DNA of 64,000 nucleotides, from positions 672,001-736,000 of the forward strand of contig CAVRAY010000001.1 in the NCBI GenBank assembly GCA_963719225.1. Direction: 5' to 3'. The notes under the pieces were generated by a model. It searched no databases and was not told the origin of the DNA. It saw only the letters and a list, made by a program, of their open reading frames with translations. Position numbers and translations under genes: made by a program. This DNA is from Thermoanaerobaculia bacterium. Lineage in GTDB: Bacteria > Acidobacteriota > Thermoanaerobaculia > UBA5066. Below, piece by piece: positions 46,705 to 59,222 of this stretch; the stretch's first letter is position 1, and every line of letters starts with the position of its first letter.

Positions 46705-48150
46705 ATGCCGTTCGCGTCTCCCCGCTCCCTGCGCCCCCTGGCCCTCACCCTCGTGGTGACGGGTCTCGCGGTGGCCGGGACCGCCGCGGCCTTCTTCCTG
46801 AGGAGCCGCCGGGACGTCACGACGTCCTCGGAACAGGCGCGGAAGGCCTACAACGAGGCGCGCGAAAACGACATCAAGCTGTACGAGCGCGAGGCCATTT
46901 CCGGGTACGCGAAGGCGCTGCAGTACGACCCGCATTTTGTCATGGCGACGCTCCGGCTCGCAGACAAGATCCGGAGCCGCGATCCGGAGCGGGCGAAGTC
47001 CCTCCTTGCGTCGGCGGCGCGTTCGCGCGAAGAGCTCACGCCTCGCGAGCAGCTCATGCTCAGGATCTACGAAGAGCGCTGGGGGAAGCGTGACGTCGCG
47101 ACCCTCGGCGCGCTCTACGACGAGTACCAGCGGAGGTTCCCGGACGATCCCGAGGGCTATCTCATGCGGTGCAATTTCCTGGCGATGCAGAAGCGCACCC
47201 CTGAGGCCCTTCAGGAATACGAGCGTCTCCTCAAGGTGAATCCGAACTACGCGTACGCCTACAACACGCTCGGCTACGCAGCCGCGGCGCGCGGCGACTA
47301 CGCGAAGGCCGAGGATTACCTCAAGCGCTACCGCTATCTCGCGCCGGACCAGGCGAACCCTCTCGACTCGCTCGGCGAGCTCTACGCGCTCACCGGGCGT
47401 TACGACGAGGCCGAGGACGTCCTCAAGAAGGCGCTCGCCGTGAAGAGCGACTTCTTTCCCGCGCTGGGCCACCTCGGCACCGTTGAAATCGGCCGAGGAA
47501 ATCCCGCGAAGGCCGCCCAGTACTTCCTCAAGGCATCGGAAGAGGCGACTCAGCCGATGGCCCGCCTCGACTTCCGCTTCTACGCTTCGATCGCGCTCCT
47601 CGACGCAGGGGACGTCGTGGCCGCGGGCAAGGAGAGGGACCGCTTCGCCGCGGAAACGGCCGGCCTCCCGCCCGGAGCGGAAGCGGATCGGCTTCGCGCC
47701 AAGATCGCGTTCCTCCAGGCGGCGTTCCTCGCTCTCAAGGGCGAGACGGCGGGGCTCGACGCCCTGCTCGCGACCGCGACCGCTCCGTACCAGAAGGAGC
47801 CGGAGGCCGAGAAGAAAGGCGCGGAGAGGGATGTCGCGTTCGTCCGCGGAGTCGCGGCGGCGCGGTCCGGCCGCTGCGAGGAGGCGGTGCCGCTCCTCAA
47901 GGGGGCCCAGCAGCCGGAAGGGGAGTTCGGGCTCGGGGGAACGCAGTATTACCCGGCGCGGGACTTCGGCCGCGTGCTGGTGGCCCGCTGCCTCCACGAC
48001 CTTGGTCGGGACGAAGAGGCGGAAAAAGAGCTCGCGCCGCTCCTGAAGAGAAACCCGCGCTTCGCGCCCGCCGTCGCCCTCGCCGCGCGTCTGAACCCTG
48101 AAAAGCCGGCCGCCGGCGCCCCTGACGCCCGCGCTCAGGGCGTCCCCTGA
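46705..48150 (+). CDS. Membrane-anchored TPR protein
   Basis: GGAGG RBS, N-terminal TM, VTTSS..A..AY, TPR repeats (NPNYAYAYNTLGY, NPLDSLGE). Confidence 0.85.
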   Translation: MPFASPRSLRPLALTLVVTGLAVAGTAAAFFLRSRRDVTTSSEQARKAYNEARENDIKLYEREAISGYAKALQYDPHFVMATLRLADKIRSRDPERAKSLLASAARSREELTPREQLMLRIYEERWGKRDVATLGALYDEYQRRFPDDPEGYLMRCNFLAMQKRTPEALQEYERLLKVNPNYAYAYNTLGYAAAARGDYAKAEDYLKRYRYLAPDQANPLDSLGELYALTGRYDEAEDVLKKALAVKSDFFPALGHLGTVEIGRGNPAKAAQYFLKASEEATQPMARLDFRFYASIALLDAGDVVAAGKERDRFAAETAGLPPGAEADRLRAKIAFLQAAFLALKGETAGLDALLATATAPYQKEPEAEKKGAERDVAFVRGVAAARSGRCEEAVPLLKGAQQPEGEFGLGGTQYYPARDFGRVLVARCLHDLGRDEEAEKELAPLLKRNPRFAPAVALAARLNPEKPAAGAPDARAQGVP

Positions 48151-48157
48151 GCGCGAG

Positions 48158-49651
<1,494 letters not shown>

Positions 49652-49658
49652 AAGCCCG

Positions 49659-51944
49659 CTACGGCTCCTTGCGGATGAGCTTCCAGAGCGCGGTTCGATC
49701 CGGAGCCAGGAGCTCGGCGATGCGCTCATGGTTCACGTCGGCCACGATGATCTGGCCGACCTCGGTCGTGACCTCGCGGTAGATGCCGTGGACCTTCATC
49801 TTCGCGGCCTGATACTGGTTGTCCTCTGTGGGAGAGACGTAGTGCACCGAGTCGACCCGGAAGCGATGAATCAGGAAGAGGTGGACGAGGTCCATGAGGC
49901 GTTTCTTTCGGAGCGCCTCCGCGAAGGTGTTCTGGTCGCGCACCGAGAGGATGCTGCGGCCCCGCCGGTCGTGGATGGGCGCGAAGACGACGTTCGCGTG
50001 CTTCTCGTTCCCGTTGCCCGTGATACCGAGCTCGAGCAGCTCCGAGCCGGCGCTGTGCGGCCGTAGCTGGACGCGGAGCGGGCCGGGGAGGCCGTAGTGC
50101 TGCGTCCACATCCCGAGCCACTCCTCGAGGAGCTTCTTCGGCACCTCGGTCTGCACGAGGTGCTGGTGCTGGGTCGACCCCTTGCCCATGGCCATGGTCG
50201 TCGCCGTGCGCCCCGACGTGGCGGTCAGGGCGGCGTCCGCGCGCGGCCCGCCGACGAGCGTCTGCGGCGTGCGGTACGGCGACTCGACCATGCGGAGCTT
50301 CCGCTGCAGGCGCGCGAGGGCCAGCATGCCGTCCTGCCGGAGGGCCGTCGCGAGCTCCTCGGCGGCGAGGCCGTCGATCTGGTGGCCGCCGTACGTGATG
50401 AAGTTGAAGACGAAGCCGAGCTTGCCGAGCTCTTCGGGGAATCGCCGCATGTCATCGTCGCTCATGCCGGTCGTGTCCCAGCTGAACGACGGCGAGAGGT
50501 TGTAGGCGAGCATCTTGTCGGGGAACTCGGCGTGGATCGCCTCGGCGAACTCGCGGGCGTCGGCGAGGTTGGCGGTCTTCGTCTCCATCCACAGGAGGTC
50601 GGCGAACGGCGCGGCGGCGAGCGACTTGGCGATGGCGTACGGGATGCCTCCCCGAACCTGGTAGAAGCCCTCCGACGTCCTAGCCAGCTCGCAGTCCCAG
50701 TCCACGTCGGCGCCGAGGGCGCGTGCCTTCTCGCGGGCGGCATAGAGCGAGGAGCGCGCGGCGAACCAGCGCCACTCGTCGGGGCTCGTCTCGAGCGGCT
50801 CTCCTTCGCTCGCGCGGAAGTCGAGCACTTCGGCGACCGCTTCGCCGTACGGCTCCAGGATGGCCTCGGTCTCCCACGCGTCGAGGAAGGTGGAGGCGAC
50901 CCGGTCGAACGTCGCGTCGAGAGAAGCTTCCTTCCCGCTCCGGTAGGCCGAAGCGGCCTCCGCGGCCAGCCGCAGGAGCCCCTTGCGCTCCAGCCAGGCG
51001 GAGGCGGCCCTGTGTTCGCCGTCGGGCACGGCGTAAAGGAGGTGGCCGTTGAGCTCGCGGACGCCCAGCTCGTGGAAATGGCGGATGAGCGCGAGGTAGC
51101 AGGCCTTGTAGGCCGGCACGCCGAGGTTCGTCGCGCCGAGGAGGAACGGCTGGTCGCGCTCGTCCGCGCGGCCGTCGAGGAGGTTGGCCGCTTCCGCGTC
51201 CGTGCGGGCGACGATGATGCCGGCGACTCCCATGACGTCGAGCTGGAAGCGGGCGGCGTTCAGCCTCTTGTTCTGCTCGTCCTGCGCGACGAGCACCTTG
51301 CCGCCCTGGTGGCCGCACTTCTTCGTGCCCGGGCGCTGGTCCTCGATGTGGTAACCGGGCACGCCGGACTCCACGAAGCGGCGGATCAAATTGCGGACGT
51401 GAGGGTCGCCGCCGTGGCCGGTGTCGGCGTCGGCGATGATGAACGGGCGGAAGTCGTGCGCCGGAGCCGCGGCGCGCTGAGCCTCGGTCATGCGCGAGCG
51501 CAGGTACTGCTGGTTGCGGTCGGCGGTGAGGAGGGCGCGCACGAGCGTCGCGGCCTCGTCCGGCACCTGGCTGAGAGGGTAGCTCGCGAGATCGGGCCCC
51601 GGGTCCTCGCTCGTTCCGCCCTTGGCGGAGGTCGCCCATCCGCCGAGGTAGATCCCTTCGATCCCCATCCGCTTCATCGTCACGGCCTGTCCCGGCGAGT
51701 AGGGGCCGAAAGTCGTGATGCTCCTTCTCTCGCTGAAGAGCTGGCGCAGGCGATCGTAGAACGCCGCCGCGGCCTCGCGCGCCACCGTGTAGTCGTGGGC
51801 GATGGTGCCGCGCTGCTCGACGACCTGGCGCGCCGTGTAGAGGCGGGTGATCCCCGCGAAGCGCGGGCTGTCGAACCACCGCTGGGTGGCGGCGACTTCC
51901 TTCTCGAACGAGGTCGTGGCGGGAGCTGCGGTCTCGGTTGTCAT
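49659..51944 (-). CDS. aceA: Isocitrate lyase, long ICL2-type (761 aa)
   Basis: [33 protein letters not shown], plus a C-terminal extension. Confidence 0.93.
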   Translation of the reverse strand: MTTETAAPATTSFEKEVAATQRWFDSPRFAGITRLYTARQVVEQRGTIAHDYTVAREAAAAFYDRLRQLFSERRSITTFGPYSPGQAVTMKRMGIEGIYLGGWATSAKGGTSEDPGPDLASYPLSQVPDEAATLVRALLTADRNQQYLRSRMTEAQRAAAPAHDFRPFIIADADTGHGGDPHVRNLIRRFVESGVPGYHIEDQRPGTKKCGHQGGKVLVAQDEQNKRLNAARFQLDVMGVAGIIVARTDAEAANLLDGRADERDQPFLLGATNLGVPAYKACYLALIRHFHELGVRELNGHLLYAVPDGEHRAASAWLERKGLLRLAAEAASAYRSGKEASLDATFDRVASTFLDAWETEAILEPYGEAVAEVLDFRASEGEPLETSPDEWRWFAARSSLYAAREKARALGADVDWDCELARTSEGFYQVRGGIPYAIAKSLAAAPFADLLWMETKTANLADAREFAEAIHAEFPDKMLAYNLSPSFSWDTTGMSDDDMRRFPEELGKLGFVFNFITYGGHQIDGLAAEELATALRQDGMLALARLQRKLRMVESPYRTPQTLVGGPRADAALTATSGRTATTMAMGKGSTQHQHLVQTEVPKKLLEEWLGMWTQHYGLPGPLRVQLRPHSAGSELLELGITGNGNEKHANVVFAPIHDRRGRSILSVRDQNTFAEALRKKRLMDLVHLFLIHRFRVDSVHYVSPTEDNQYQAAKMKVHGIYREVTTEVGQIIVADVNHERIAELLAPDRTALWKLIRKEP

Positions 51945-53824
51945 GCGACGAAGTCCAGGTTCTCCGTGATCCTCGTCCCGTCCCGCTCGAAGGCTTCGAC
52001 GTAGGCCCGGATGCGGGCCCGGGCGGTGGCGAGATCGTGGTTGTCGAGGTTGAGGTTCAGAAGATCGATGTACCAGGGCGGCTTGACGGGATGGGTGACG
52101 TAAGTCTCGACGATCTCCCGCGCGATGGGGAGGGTCGTCGCCTTCGAGTCGTCGTGAACGTCGCGGTTCCCGGCGCGGAGGAGCTTCTCGTACTCCTCGG
52201 CGAGGAGACGCTCGAAGAGGGGAGCGCCGAAAGTCTCTCCGGCGCGCGCGCCCGTCTCCGGGTCGTCGGCGGTCAGCTTCGCGCCCTTCTGCAGCCACTC
52301 CCAGAGGATGCTGAGCCGGATCTCGCCGGTCGCCATGTCCTCCATGAGGTAGAGGACGTCGGCGTCGCCGAAGAAGTCCGCCGGCTTGAGCGCCACGGCC
52401 TGGAAACCGCGGCCGAAGGCGTTTCCGTATTGCAGGGCGACGCTCAGGAGGTCGCGCGCGCCGCGGACCGTGCGGGGAGCCGGCTCGAGCAGCACGAGAC
52501 CGTCGACGTCCTCCGGCGTGTAGGTGAGGGGAGGAAACGCGCGGCCGAGCTGGTTGTCCTGGCCGGCTTCCTCCCACACGGGCCGGACGATGTGCACCAT
52601 CTTCCAGTGCGCCACCCATTTACCGCTGGCGCCCGCGCGCTGCTCGCGCTCGCCGCCGGCCTTCGCCCTCTTCATGCCCGCGGTCACACCGGCCTCCGAC
52701 CCGACCGGGATGTTGGGCTCCATCCCCCCCTGCCAGAGGGAAAAGCGGCCGTTCTGGTCGGGGGTGTTCACGGCACGGCGTACGCGGTCCTCGTAGGTGC
52801 GCATGTAACCGTACGTCATGACGATGGCGTCGATGTTCGGATTGATGAAGCCCGTGTCCCACGCCATCGCGTCGGCGACGCTGTTGATGTAGTCCCACCG
52901 GCCGGTGTTGAAGCCGACGAAGTGGCGGCCCAGGGCAGCGCGGATTTCCATGAGCTGGAAGGTGGCCTCGATCTGCTCGACGAGAACGTACGCCTTGATC
53001 GTCCCCACGGGCAGGCCGAGATGCCCCTCGAGCGCCGCGAAGATGTCGCTCCACAGCGCCGCCTCTTCGGCCGTCTGGATCTTCGGCAGGTAGAGAGCGA
53101 TCGAGGATCCGGCGCGGCCGAGGCTCTCGTGATTGTTGACCACGTAGAGCACGAGGTCGACGATCGACGCGGAAAAGCCGGTGCCGCCCTTCTCGCGCAC
53201 GTGGCGGTCGTCGAGGTGCAGGCCGCGGGCGCGGAAGAGTTTCGTCGTGAAGTCGAGCTGGCGCCGCCAGTCGGCGATGATGGGCCGCCCGAAGAACCCC
53301 TGCGCCCAGTCGTTCATCTCCTTCGCGACGCTCTCGGCGACGCGCAGGTAGAGCGGGTCCTTCTCGATCGCCAGCCGGAGGTTGCGCTGGTTGTCGAGAG
53401 ACATCGTGGTGGTCTGCCCCAGGGCGTCCTCTCCGTCGAACATCCAGCCGTCGGCGCCCGAGAGGAGCGCGTAGGCGACGTTGCGCAGGCCGCTCTCGGT
53501 GGCGGCGCGCGGCCGGGTCGCCGGGCCCGTCCCCTGGATCCACTGGCGCTTCAAATCGGCCGGGATGTCGCCTCCCTCGAACCTGCCCTCGCGGGCGTCC
53601 CGAACGCGGATCGAGGTGCGGGGAATCGTCGCCCCGGGATCCAGGAACGCGATGCGCTGCCGGGCGCGCTGGCGCGCGAGGCGGCGCGCGATGCGAGCCG
53701 CCATGAGCTCGCGCCGATCCCGGTTGAAGGGCGCCAGCGCCTCCAGCGCCTCGAGAGCGGCCGGCGTATGGACGTCGGGGTACGCCTGGAGAACGCCACC
53801 CTGGTATTCGAGCCTGGAGATCAT
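51941..53824 (-). CDS. aceB: Malate synthase
   Basis: [44 protein letters not shown]. Confidence 0.93.
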   Translation of the reverse strand: MISRLEYQGGVLQAYPDVHTPAALEALEALAPFNRDRRELMAARIARRLARQRARQRIAFLDPGATIPRTSIRVRDAREGRFEGGDIPADLKRQWIQGTGPATRPRAATESGLRNVAYALLSGADGWMFDGEDALGQTTTMSLDNQRNLRLAIEKDPLYLRVAESVAKEMNDWAQGFFGRPIIADWRRQLDFTTKLFRARGLHLDDRHVREKGGTGFSASIVDLVLYVVNNHESLGRAGSSIALYLPKIQTAEEAALWSDIFAALEGHLGLPVGTIKAYVLVEQIEATFQLMEIRAALGRHFVGFNTGRWDYINSVADAMAWDTGFINPNIDAIVMTYGYMRTYEDRVRRAVNTPDQNGRFSLWQGGMEPNIPVGSEAGVTAGMKRAKAGGEREQRAGASGKWVAHWKMVHIVRPVWEEAGQDNQLGRAFPPLTYTPEDVDGLVLLEPAPRTVRGARDLLSVALQYGNAFGRGFQAVALKPADFFGDADVLYLMEDMATGEIRLSILWEWLQKGAKLTADDPETGARAGETFGAPLFERLLAEEYEKLLRAGNRDVHDDSKATTLPIAREIVETYVTHPVKPPWYIDLLNLNLDNHDLATARARIRAYVEAFERDGTRITENLDFVA

Positions 53825-54121
53825 CTTCGCCAAAGCGCCGCGGAGTCTAACGCCTGATGGAACGCCGGCAGATTTTTCGGTTAAGGAACAGGCGGTTCTG
53901 CGTGGACATAGTGGCACTATGTAATCAAATGGCTCATCGGCGCTAAGTTATTTTCTTAGAATGGTAATATGGAGACATCTAGGGCGTGCTCCGAAGTTGT
54001 GACATTATGGCGCGTATCTGGCGCATTTCGTTGACCAATATCCTCCTTCCAAGAAACCCAATCTTTCCAACATCTTAGATGCGCCTCGGCATCCTCGAAT
54101 CTCGATTCATCTGGCGTGGCC

Positions 54122-54136
54122 TGGCACTTGCGATGC
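54122..54136 (+). promoter_or_regulatory. sigma54 promoter candidate
   Basis: TGGCAC-TTGCG-ATGC (GG-N10-GC) after an AT-rich region. Confidence 0.5.
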
Positions 54137-54161
54137 GGGAGTCGACCGGAGGCAGTCGAGA

Positions 54162-54383
54162 ATGTTCAGCGAGGGCGGAAACGAAGCGAACGCGGCCCGC
54201 GTGTCGGCGCGCGTGTCGTCTTTCACCGCCTCGCTTCCCGCGTCGCTTCCGACGTCGACCCACGCCTCGCGTCTCGCTCTGTCGCTCCTTCTCGCCGAAG
54301 CCGCCGCGTTCGCCCTCGCCGCCGCGTCGGGTAAGATTCCTGTGTTCCTCTTCACGGCGGTTCGCGCGCTCCTGACGTTCTAG
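54162..54383 (+). CDS. Small hypothetical protein with hydrophobic C-terminus (73 aa)
   Basis: GGAGG RBS at 54148-54152; fills the gap before rsbW. Confidence 0.5.
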   Translation: MFSEGGNEANAARVSARVSSFTASLPASLPTSTHASRLALSLLLAEAAAFALAAASGKIPVFLFTAVRALLTF

Positions 54384-54410
54384 GGCCTGAGAGGGGATTG
54401 CCGAAAAGAG

Positions 54411-54848
54411 ATGTCGTCGGTCGAGCGTCGCGAGGTGCACATGACCATTCCGGTTGCGCCGGAGATGGAGATTGCCGCGACGGCGCAGGTTTCGGCGCTC
54501 GGCGAGTGGATGGAGATGGGCCGCGACAAGATCGACGAGGTGAAGATGGCCGTCGTCGAAGCGTGCATCAACGCCTTCGAGCACAGCGCGACTCCCGACC
54601 GCAAGGTCGAGCTCTCCTTCCGCGTCGGCGCGGAGGAGGGGGGCCGGGGCGCCTACCTCGAAGTCGACGTCGCGGACGCGGGACACGGGTTCGATCCGAC
54701 GCGTCTCAAGACGCCCGAGATCGCCGCGGCGCTGCGGTCCAGCCGGAAGCGCGGCTGGGGAATCAAGATCATCGAGAGCCTCATGGACGACGTTCGGATC
54801 GAGAGCGGCGAGCATGGCACCCGCATCGTCATGCGCAAGTATCGATAA
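54411..54848 (+). CDS. rsbW: Anti-sigma factor Ser/Thr kinase (HATPase_c)
   Basis: AVVEACINAFEH, DAGHGFD, GWGIKIIESLMDDV, GT. Confidence 0.88.
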   Translation: MSSVERREVHMTIPVAPEMEIAATAQVSALGEWMEMGRDKIDEVKMAVVEACINAFEHSATPDRKVELSFRVGAEEGGRGAYLEVDVADAGHGFDPTRLKTPEIAAALRSSRKRGWGIKIIESLMDDVRIESGEHGTRIVMRKYR

Positions 54849-54863
54849 GGTATAAAGGACCGA

Positions 54864-55226
54864 ATGAGCGAGACCCTGAAAGTCGTCGTGGACCGGCCGG
54901 ACGTCAACGTCGCCGTTCTCCGTACGGACGGCTACATCAACAACACCGGCGGCGAGGAGATCGCCAAGCAGTCCTACGCCCTCCTGGGGTCCGGCGTGAA
55001 CTGTCTGCTCCTCGACCTCGAGAAGACCAAGATCGTCAATTCGATCGGCATTTCCATTCTCATCGAGATCCTGGAAAAGCTCCTCGATCAGGGAGGAAAG
55101 CTCGCCTTCTGCCGGCTGACTCCCACCATCGAGAAGACGTTCCAGATCATGGGGCTAGCCCAATATGCGCGCATCTTCCCCGCTCCCGAGCCCGCCCTCG
55201 CCTGGCTCCGGGGCGAGACCGAGTAG
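54864..55226 (+). CDS. rsbV: STAS anti-sigma factor antagonist
   Basis: LDLEKTKIVNSIGISIL (phospho-Ser), GGKL, FQIMGL. Confidence 0.88.
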   Translation: MSETLKVVVDRPDVNVAVLRTDGYINNTGGEEIAKQSYALLGSGVNCLLLDLEKTKIVNSIGISILIEILEKLLDQGGKLAFCRLTPTIEKTFQIMGLAQYARIFPAPEPALAWLRGETE

Positions 55227-55233
55227 CGCGGCG

Positions 55234-56820
55234 ATTTCCGGAGGTCCCGCCTCCGGCGGGAGCCCGGATGCCGCGATCCTCGCGGCGCACGAAAAGCTCG
55301 CGAAGCTCGATCCGTTCTCCGATCGCGAGCGGCTATTCGACGGGATCCTCGCCGCTCTCCTGATGGCCGCTCACGCCACAGGAGGCGTACTCGTGGATCC
55401 CACGCAGCCCGCGAAGGGCGAGCTGACCGGGGATCCTCCGGTCGTGATCCCGCTCACCGCCCGGGACGAAACGCTCGCGACCCTGGAGCTCGAGAAACCT
55501 CCCTTGGATCCGGTCGGCTTCGCGTCGGTCACGGCCCACGCGGCTCGCCTCCTCGATTCGGTGCGGATGGCCGACAAGGTGCAGAAGGCCGATTTCGAGC
55601 TGAAGTACAGGGTCTGGGAGCTTCAGAGCCTCTACGACGTCGGGCTCTCGATCGCCGGCACGCTCGATTTCGAAGTCCTCGCCGAAGACATCCTCTACAA
55701 GTCCATCTCGCTCCTGAACGCGCGCACGGGCACGCTCATCGTGTGCGACCGCGCGTCGGACGGCCCGGTCACCGTGCGCCATCTCGGAGAGCCTCTCCTC
55801 GACGGCGCCTCGGCGCGGCTCCTTCCCGCGACGGTCCTGCGTTGCAACACGATGGCCGAACGCGTCGGACTTCTCGTGAACGCCCCGGCCGAGAAGCTCC
55901 TCGCCGTGCCGATCCTCGCCGAAGGCCGCTGGCTCGGCGTCCTCGTCGTGGCGGACAAGGAGAATCGGGCCGGCTCGATCGACGACTTCACCGAAGCCGA
56001 CGAGCGTGTGGCGTCACTCTTCGCGAACCAGGCCGCGATCGCTCTCGAGAACGCGCGCCTGCACCGCGAGGCCGTCGAGAAGGAGAAGATGGAGCGGGAG
56101 ATCGAGCTCGCCGCCTCCATCCAGAAGACGATTCTCCCCGAGACGCTTCCGGACGTGCCGGGGCTGCTCGTGGCGGGGGGGAACCGGCCGACGAAGCAGG
56201 TCGGCGGCGATTACTTCGACGTCTACCCCCTCGAGGACGGGCGTACGGCGATCTGCGTCGCCGACGTCTCGGGAAAGGGAGTTCCCGCGGCGCTCCTCGT
56301 GTCCACGGTCCACGCCTGTCTCCATCTTCTCGTGCCGAACCACGCTTCCGACCTGCCCACTCTCGTGGCGCGCGTGAACCGGCATCTCGTGGGTTTTTCC
56401 TCGACCCGCAAGTTCGCGACCCTCTTCATCGCCGTCTACGATCCCGCGAAAGGAACGCTGACCTACGTGAACGCGGGACACAACCCGGGGCTGTGGGTGT
56501 CGCCGGAACAGGTGACGCTCCTGCCGAGCGGCGGAGTCCCCGTCGGAATGATGTCGGGCGTCACGCACACGCAGGCCGTGATCCGGGTCGCCCCGGGCGA
56601 CACGATCGTCCTGTATTCCGACGGGATCACCGAAGCGCTGAACGGCGCGGACGAAGAGTTCGGGATGGAGCGCCTCATCGCGCTCGCGATCGAGGGGCGC
56701 GCGCAGACCCCGGCCGAGCTGTCCCGGCGCATCTTCGGCGCCGTGAGCGACTTCACGATCGGCGTGGCGCAGTACGACGATCAGACGGTGCTCATCGCCC
56801 GAGTCGCGCCGCCCGCGTGA
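55234..56820 (+). CDS. rsbU: GAF + SpoIIE/PP2C phosphatase
   Basis: GAF ending NQAAIALENARL, VGGDYFD, ADVSGKG, NAGHNP, YSDGITE, DDQT; start uncertain (ATG 55165 overlaps rsbV). Confidence 0.85.
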   Translation: MSGGPASGGSPDAAILAAHEKLAKLDPFSDRERLFDGILAALLMAAHATGGVLVDPTQPAKGELTGDPPVVIPLTARDETLATLELEKPPLDPVGFASVTAHAARLLDSVRMADKVQKADFELKYRVWELQSLYDVGLSIAGTLDFEVLAEDILYKSISLLNARTGTLIVCDRASDGPVTVRHLGEPLLDGASARLLPATVLRCNTMAERVGLLVNAPAEKLLAVPILAEGRWLGVLVVADKENRAGSIDDFTEADERVASLFANQAAIALENARLHREAVEKEKMEREIELAASIQKTILPETLPDVPGLLVAGGNRPTKQVGGDYFDVYPLEDGRTAICVADVSGKGVPAALLVSTVHACLHLLVPNHASDLPTLVARVNRHLVGFSSTRKFATLFIAVYDPAKGTLTYVNAGHNPGLWVSPEQVTLLPSGGVPVGMMSGVTHTQAVIRVAPGDTIVLYSDGITEALNGADEEFGMERLIALAIEGRAQTPAELSRRIFGAVSDFTIGVAQYDDQTVLIARVAPPA

Positions 56821-58178
56821 GATGCCCCACCGGAGCCCTCGTCGTCGCGGCGGCTGGCGCGTTTGCCTGCACCTTCTCGCGTGAGATCACGGTCCTTCCT
56901 CATCGCCTCGAGCGGCCGATTCCGATCGGTCTCGTGAACTCGTACAACGTCGAAGAGCAGCTCCAACGCGGGTACATCCCGGAGGTGGACGAGTTTCTCG
57001 CGGGACCGGCGGGCCGAAACCTCGACGGAGTCCGCCGGGACCGGCTGGCCGGCCAGGTGCTCCTCGAGCGCGGCGACTTCCGCGGCGCCGCCCCGCGGCT
57101 CGAACGCGCCTTCGCGGGCACGGGCCGCGGGTCCGACCGGGCGGACATCTCCTGGCTGTTGTCGCAGGCCGCGTATTGGGACGGAGATTTCCCCTCGGCC
57201 GGCCGCTGGGGACGCGTGGCGCAGCGCGAGGGCAAGCGCGTACCGGACGGCTGGCTCGTTTTCCTGGAGTCGCAGGGGGCGCGCGTGCTCTACGGCGGCG
57301 CGGCAGCCGGCGAACGCCTCTTGCTTCCCGTCGAGTTCGGACGGCCGAATCTCCTTCGCGTCCCCGTGCGCGTGAACGGGCGTCCCGCGGAGGAGATGAT
57401 CGTCGACTCCGGCGCCTCCCTGTCCCTCCTCACGGAGAGCGCGGCGGTCCGCCTCGGCGTGTCGTTCGTCCCGGGCGCGACGGCCGTCGCGAAGGGTCTC
57501 CACGACGCCGACCTCCCGATGCGTCTCGGCTGGGTGGATTCCGTGCGGGTCGGCGACATCACGCTGACGGACGTCCCGTTCGGCGTCCTGCCGGACGGCA
57601 CGCTCACGTTCGAGACGTCCTCGTCCAGCGTCTTCCGGCTGAACGGCGTCCTCGGCGTCCACCTCATGAAGGAGCTCGACTGGAGAATCGAGTTCACCGA
57701 GCGCCTCCTCCACGCGCGCCGCCTCGACCGGCGCGTTTTGCGCGGCTCGAAGGACCAGAACATCTTTTTCCGGCGCATGAAGCCCATGGCGCGCGCCTCG
57801 CTCAACGGCCTGCCCTGGTCGCTCTTTCTCCTCGACACCGGGTCGGAGCCCTCGATGATCACGCGCGTCGGGCTGCGGAAGGCCAGCCTCTTCCCGGAAC
57901 TGGCGTATCCGATCACGCTCGAGGGGATCGGCCAGTCGCGCGTGTCGTGGGCCAAGATCTCGAACGTGACGGTCGGGGTTTCGGCCTACATGGTCCGGTT
58001 CAAGGACATCGTCGTGCGAGAAGAGGCGGAAGGGATCGAGGACGGCATCCTTGGCGCGTCGTTCCTTTCGTCGTTCGACGTGGAGATCAGGTTCGGCTCG
58101 ATGACGCTCGCGCTCGAGAATCCGATGGAGCGCCATCTGCGCCAGGCGAGGCCGCCCCCGCAGGAAACCCCACGCTAG
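56817..58178 (+). CDS. Double retropepsin-like aspartyl protease, probable lipoprotein with short TPR region
   Basis: AGAFA-C, MIVDSGA..NGVLG, FLLDTGS..DGILG; GTGA overlap with rsbU stop. Confidence 0.82.
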   Translation: MRCPTGALVVAAAGAFACTFSREITVLPHRLERPIPIGLVNSYNVEEQLQRGYIPEVDEFLAGPAGRNLDGVRRDRLAGQVLLERGDFRGAAPRLERAFAGTGRGSDRADISWLLSQAAYWDGDFPSAGRWGRVAQREGKRVPDGWLVFLESQGARVLYGGAAAGERLLLPVEFGRPNLLRVPVRVNGRPAEEMIVDSGASLSLLTESAAVRLGVSFVPGATAVAKGLHDADLPMRLGWVDSVRVGDITLTDVPFGVLPDGTLTFETSSSSVFRLNGVLGVHLMKELDWRIEFTERLLHARRLDRRVLRGSKDQNIFFRRMKPMARASLNGLPWSLFLLDTGSEPSMITRVGLRKASLFPELAYPITLEGIGQSRVSWAKISNVTVGVSAYMVRFKDIVVREEAEGIEDGILGASFLSSFDVEIRFGSMTLALENPMERHLRQARPPPQETPR

Positions 58179-58179
58179 A

Positions 58180-58947
58180 ATGAGGTTCGTGCAGGAGCGC
58201 CATCCTCGGGGAGCGGCGGCGGCCGCCGCGCTCGCGGCAGTGGTCGTCCTCCACACGGGAAGCTGCCAGGGTCCGGCCGATCCCATGAAAAAGAAGCGCG
58301 TCGACATGGTCGAGCACCAGATCGCGGCACGCGGGATTCGGGACCCGCGCGTCCTGGAAGCGATGCGCACCGTTCCCCGCCATCTCTTCGTCCCGCCGGC
58401 CGAGGAAGCTTTCGCCTACGAAGACCGCCCGCTTCCCATCGGGAGCGGCCAGACGATCTCACAGCCCTACGTCGTCGCCTTCATGGCCGAGCAGCTTCGC
58501 CTGACCGGCAAGGAAAAGGTCCTCGAGATCGGGACAGGCTCGGGCTACGCGACGGCGATTCTCGCGGCCGTCGCCTCGAAAGTCTTCTCGATCGAGATCC
58601 GCCCCGAGCTGGCGCAGCTGGCGAAAGAGCGGCTCGAGAAGCTCGGCGTGAAGAACGTCGAGCTGAGGGCGGCCGACGGCTACCGCGGCTGGCCCGAGGA
58701 AGCCCCGTTCGACGCTATCCTCGTGACCGCCGCCCCGGAGAAGATTCCGCCACCGCTCCTCGAGCAGCTCGCTCCCGAAGGGAGGATGGTCATTCCGGTC
58801 GGAGCCTTCTATCAGGAGCTCAAGGTCATCAAGCGGCAGGGGGGCGGCTATTCGGAAAAGAGCGTCCTGCCCGTGCGCTTCGTGCCGTTCGTCGGCGAGG
58901 CCGAGGGTGCCCCGGCTCCGGCACGCGACCCCGGGACGTCGCGATGA
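58180..58947 (+). CDS. pcm: Protein-L-isoaspartate O-methyltransferase
   Basis: VPRHLF, AYEDRPLPIG.GQTISQP, VLEIGTGSGY, APFDAI, VRFVP; start may be GTG 58189. Confidence 0.95.
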   Translation: MRFVQERHPRGAAAAAALAAVVVLHTGSCQGPADPMKKKRVDMVEHQIAARGIRDPRVLEAMRTVPRHLFVPPAEEAFAYEDRPLPIGSGQTISQPYVVAFMAEQLRLTGKEKVLEIGTGSGYATAILAAVASKVFSIEIRPELAQLAKERLEKLGVKNVELRAADGYRGWPEEAPFDAILVTAAPEKIPPPLLEQLAPEGRMVIPVGAFYQELKVIKRQGGGYSEKSVLPVRFVPFVGEAEGAPAPARDPGTSR

Positions 58948-59222
58948 GCGTCGGAACGGCGCTCACGAACTCCTCGTCCCTTCTCGAACGCGTGCCCGTC
59001 AGGGAGCGAGGCGCGTCCCTGACGCTCTCGGCCTGGCGCGTCGCGGTGACGGCGGACGAAGGCACGGGCACGATCGTCCGTCTCGAGGCGCGGGACGGCA
59101 CGGTTCATTTCCGCGGCGACGGCCTGTTCCTCGGCTGGAGCGCCGAGGAGATGGAGGCGGCCTGGGGATTACTCGCGCGCTCCGATGCTCCCGCCGACCC
59201 CGAGCACCAGCAGCTCGGCTAG
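58944..59222 (+). CDS. Hypothetical protein (92 aa)
   Basis: ATGA overlap with pcm; protein-like composition. Confidence 0.6.
   Translation: MSVGTALTNSSSLLERVPVRERGASLTLSAWRVAVTADEGTGTIVRLEARDGTVHFRGDGLFLGWSAEEMEAAWGLLARSDAPADPEHQQLG

Noticed and set aside
49659-52619. 986-aa isocitrate lyase, and similarly extended ORFs 4144-5667, 9775-11631, 28588-30300 and 55743-58178
   Set aside because: The N-terminal extensions overlap neighbouring real genes; internal starts with stop/start overlaps fit better.
53830-54110. AT-rich stretch as mobile-element end or RNA gene
   Set aside because: No terminal repeats, tRNA fold or transposase; consistent with a divergent promoter region.
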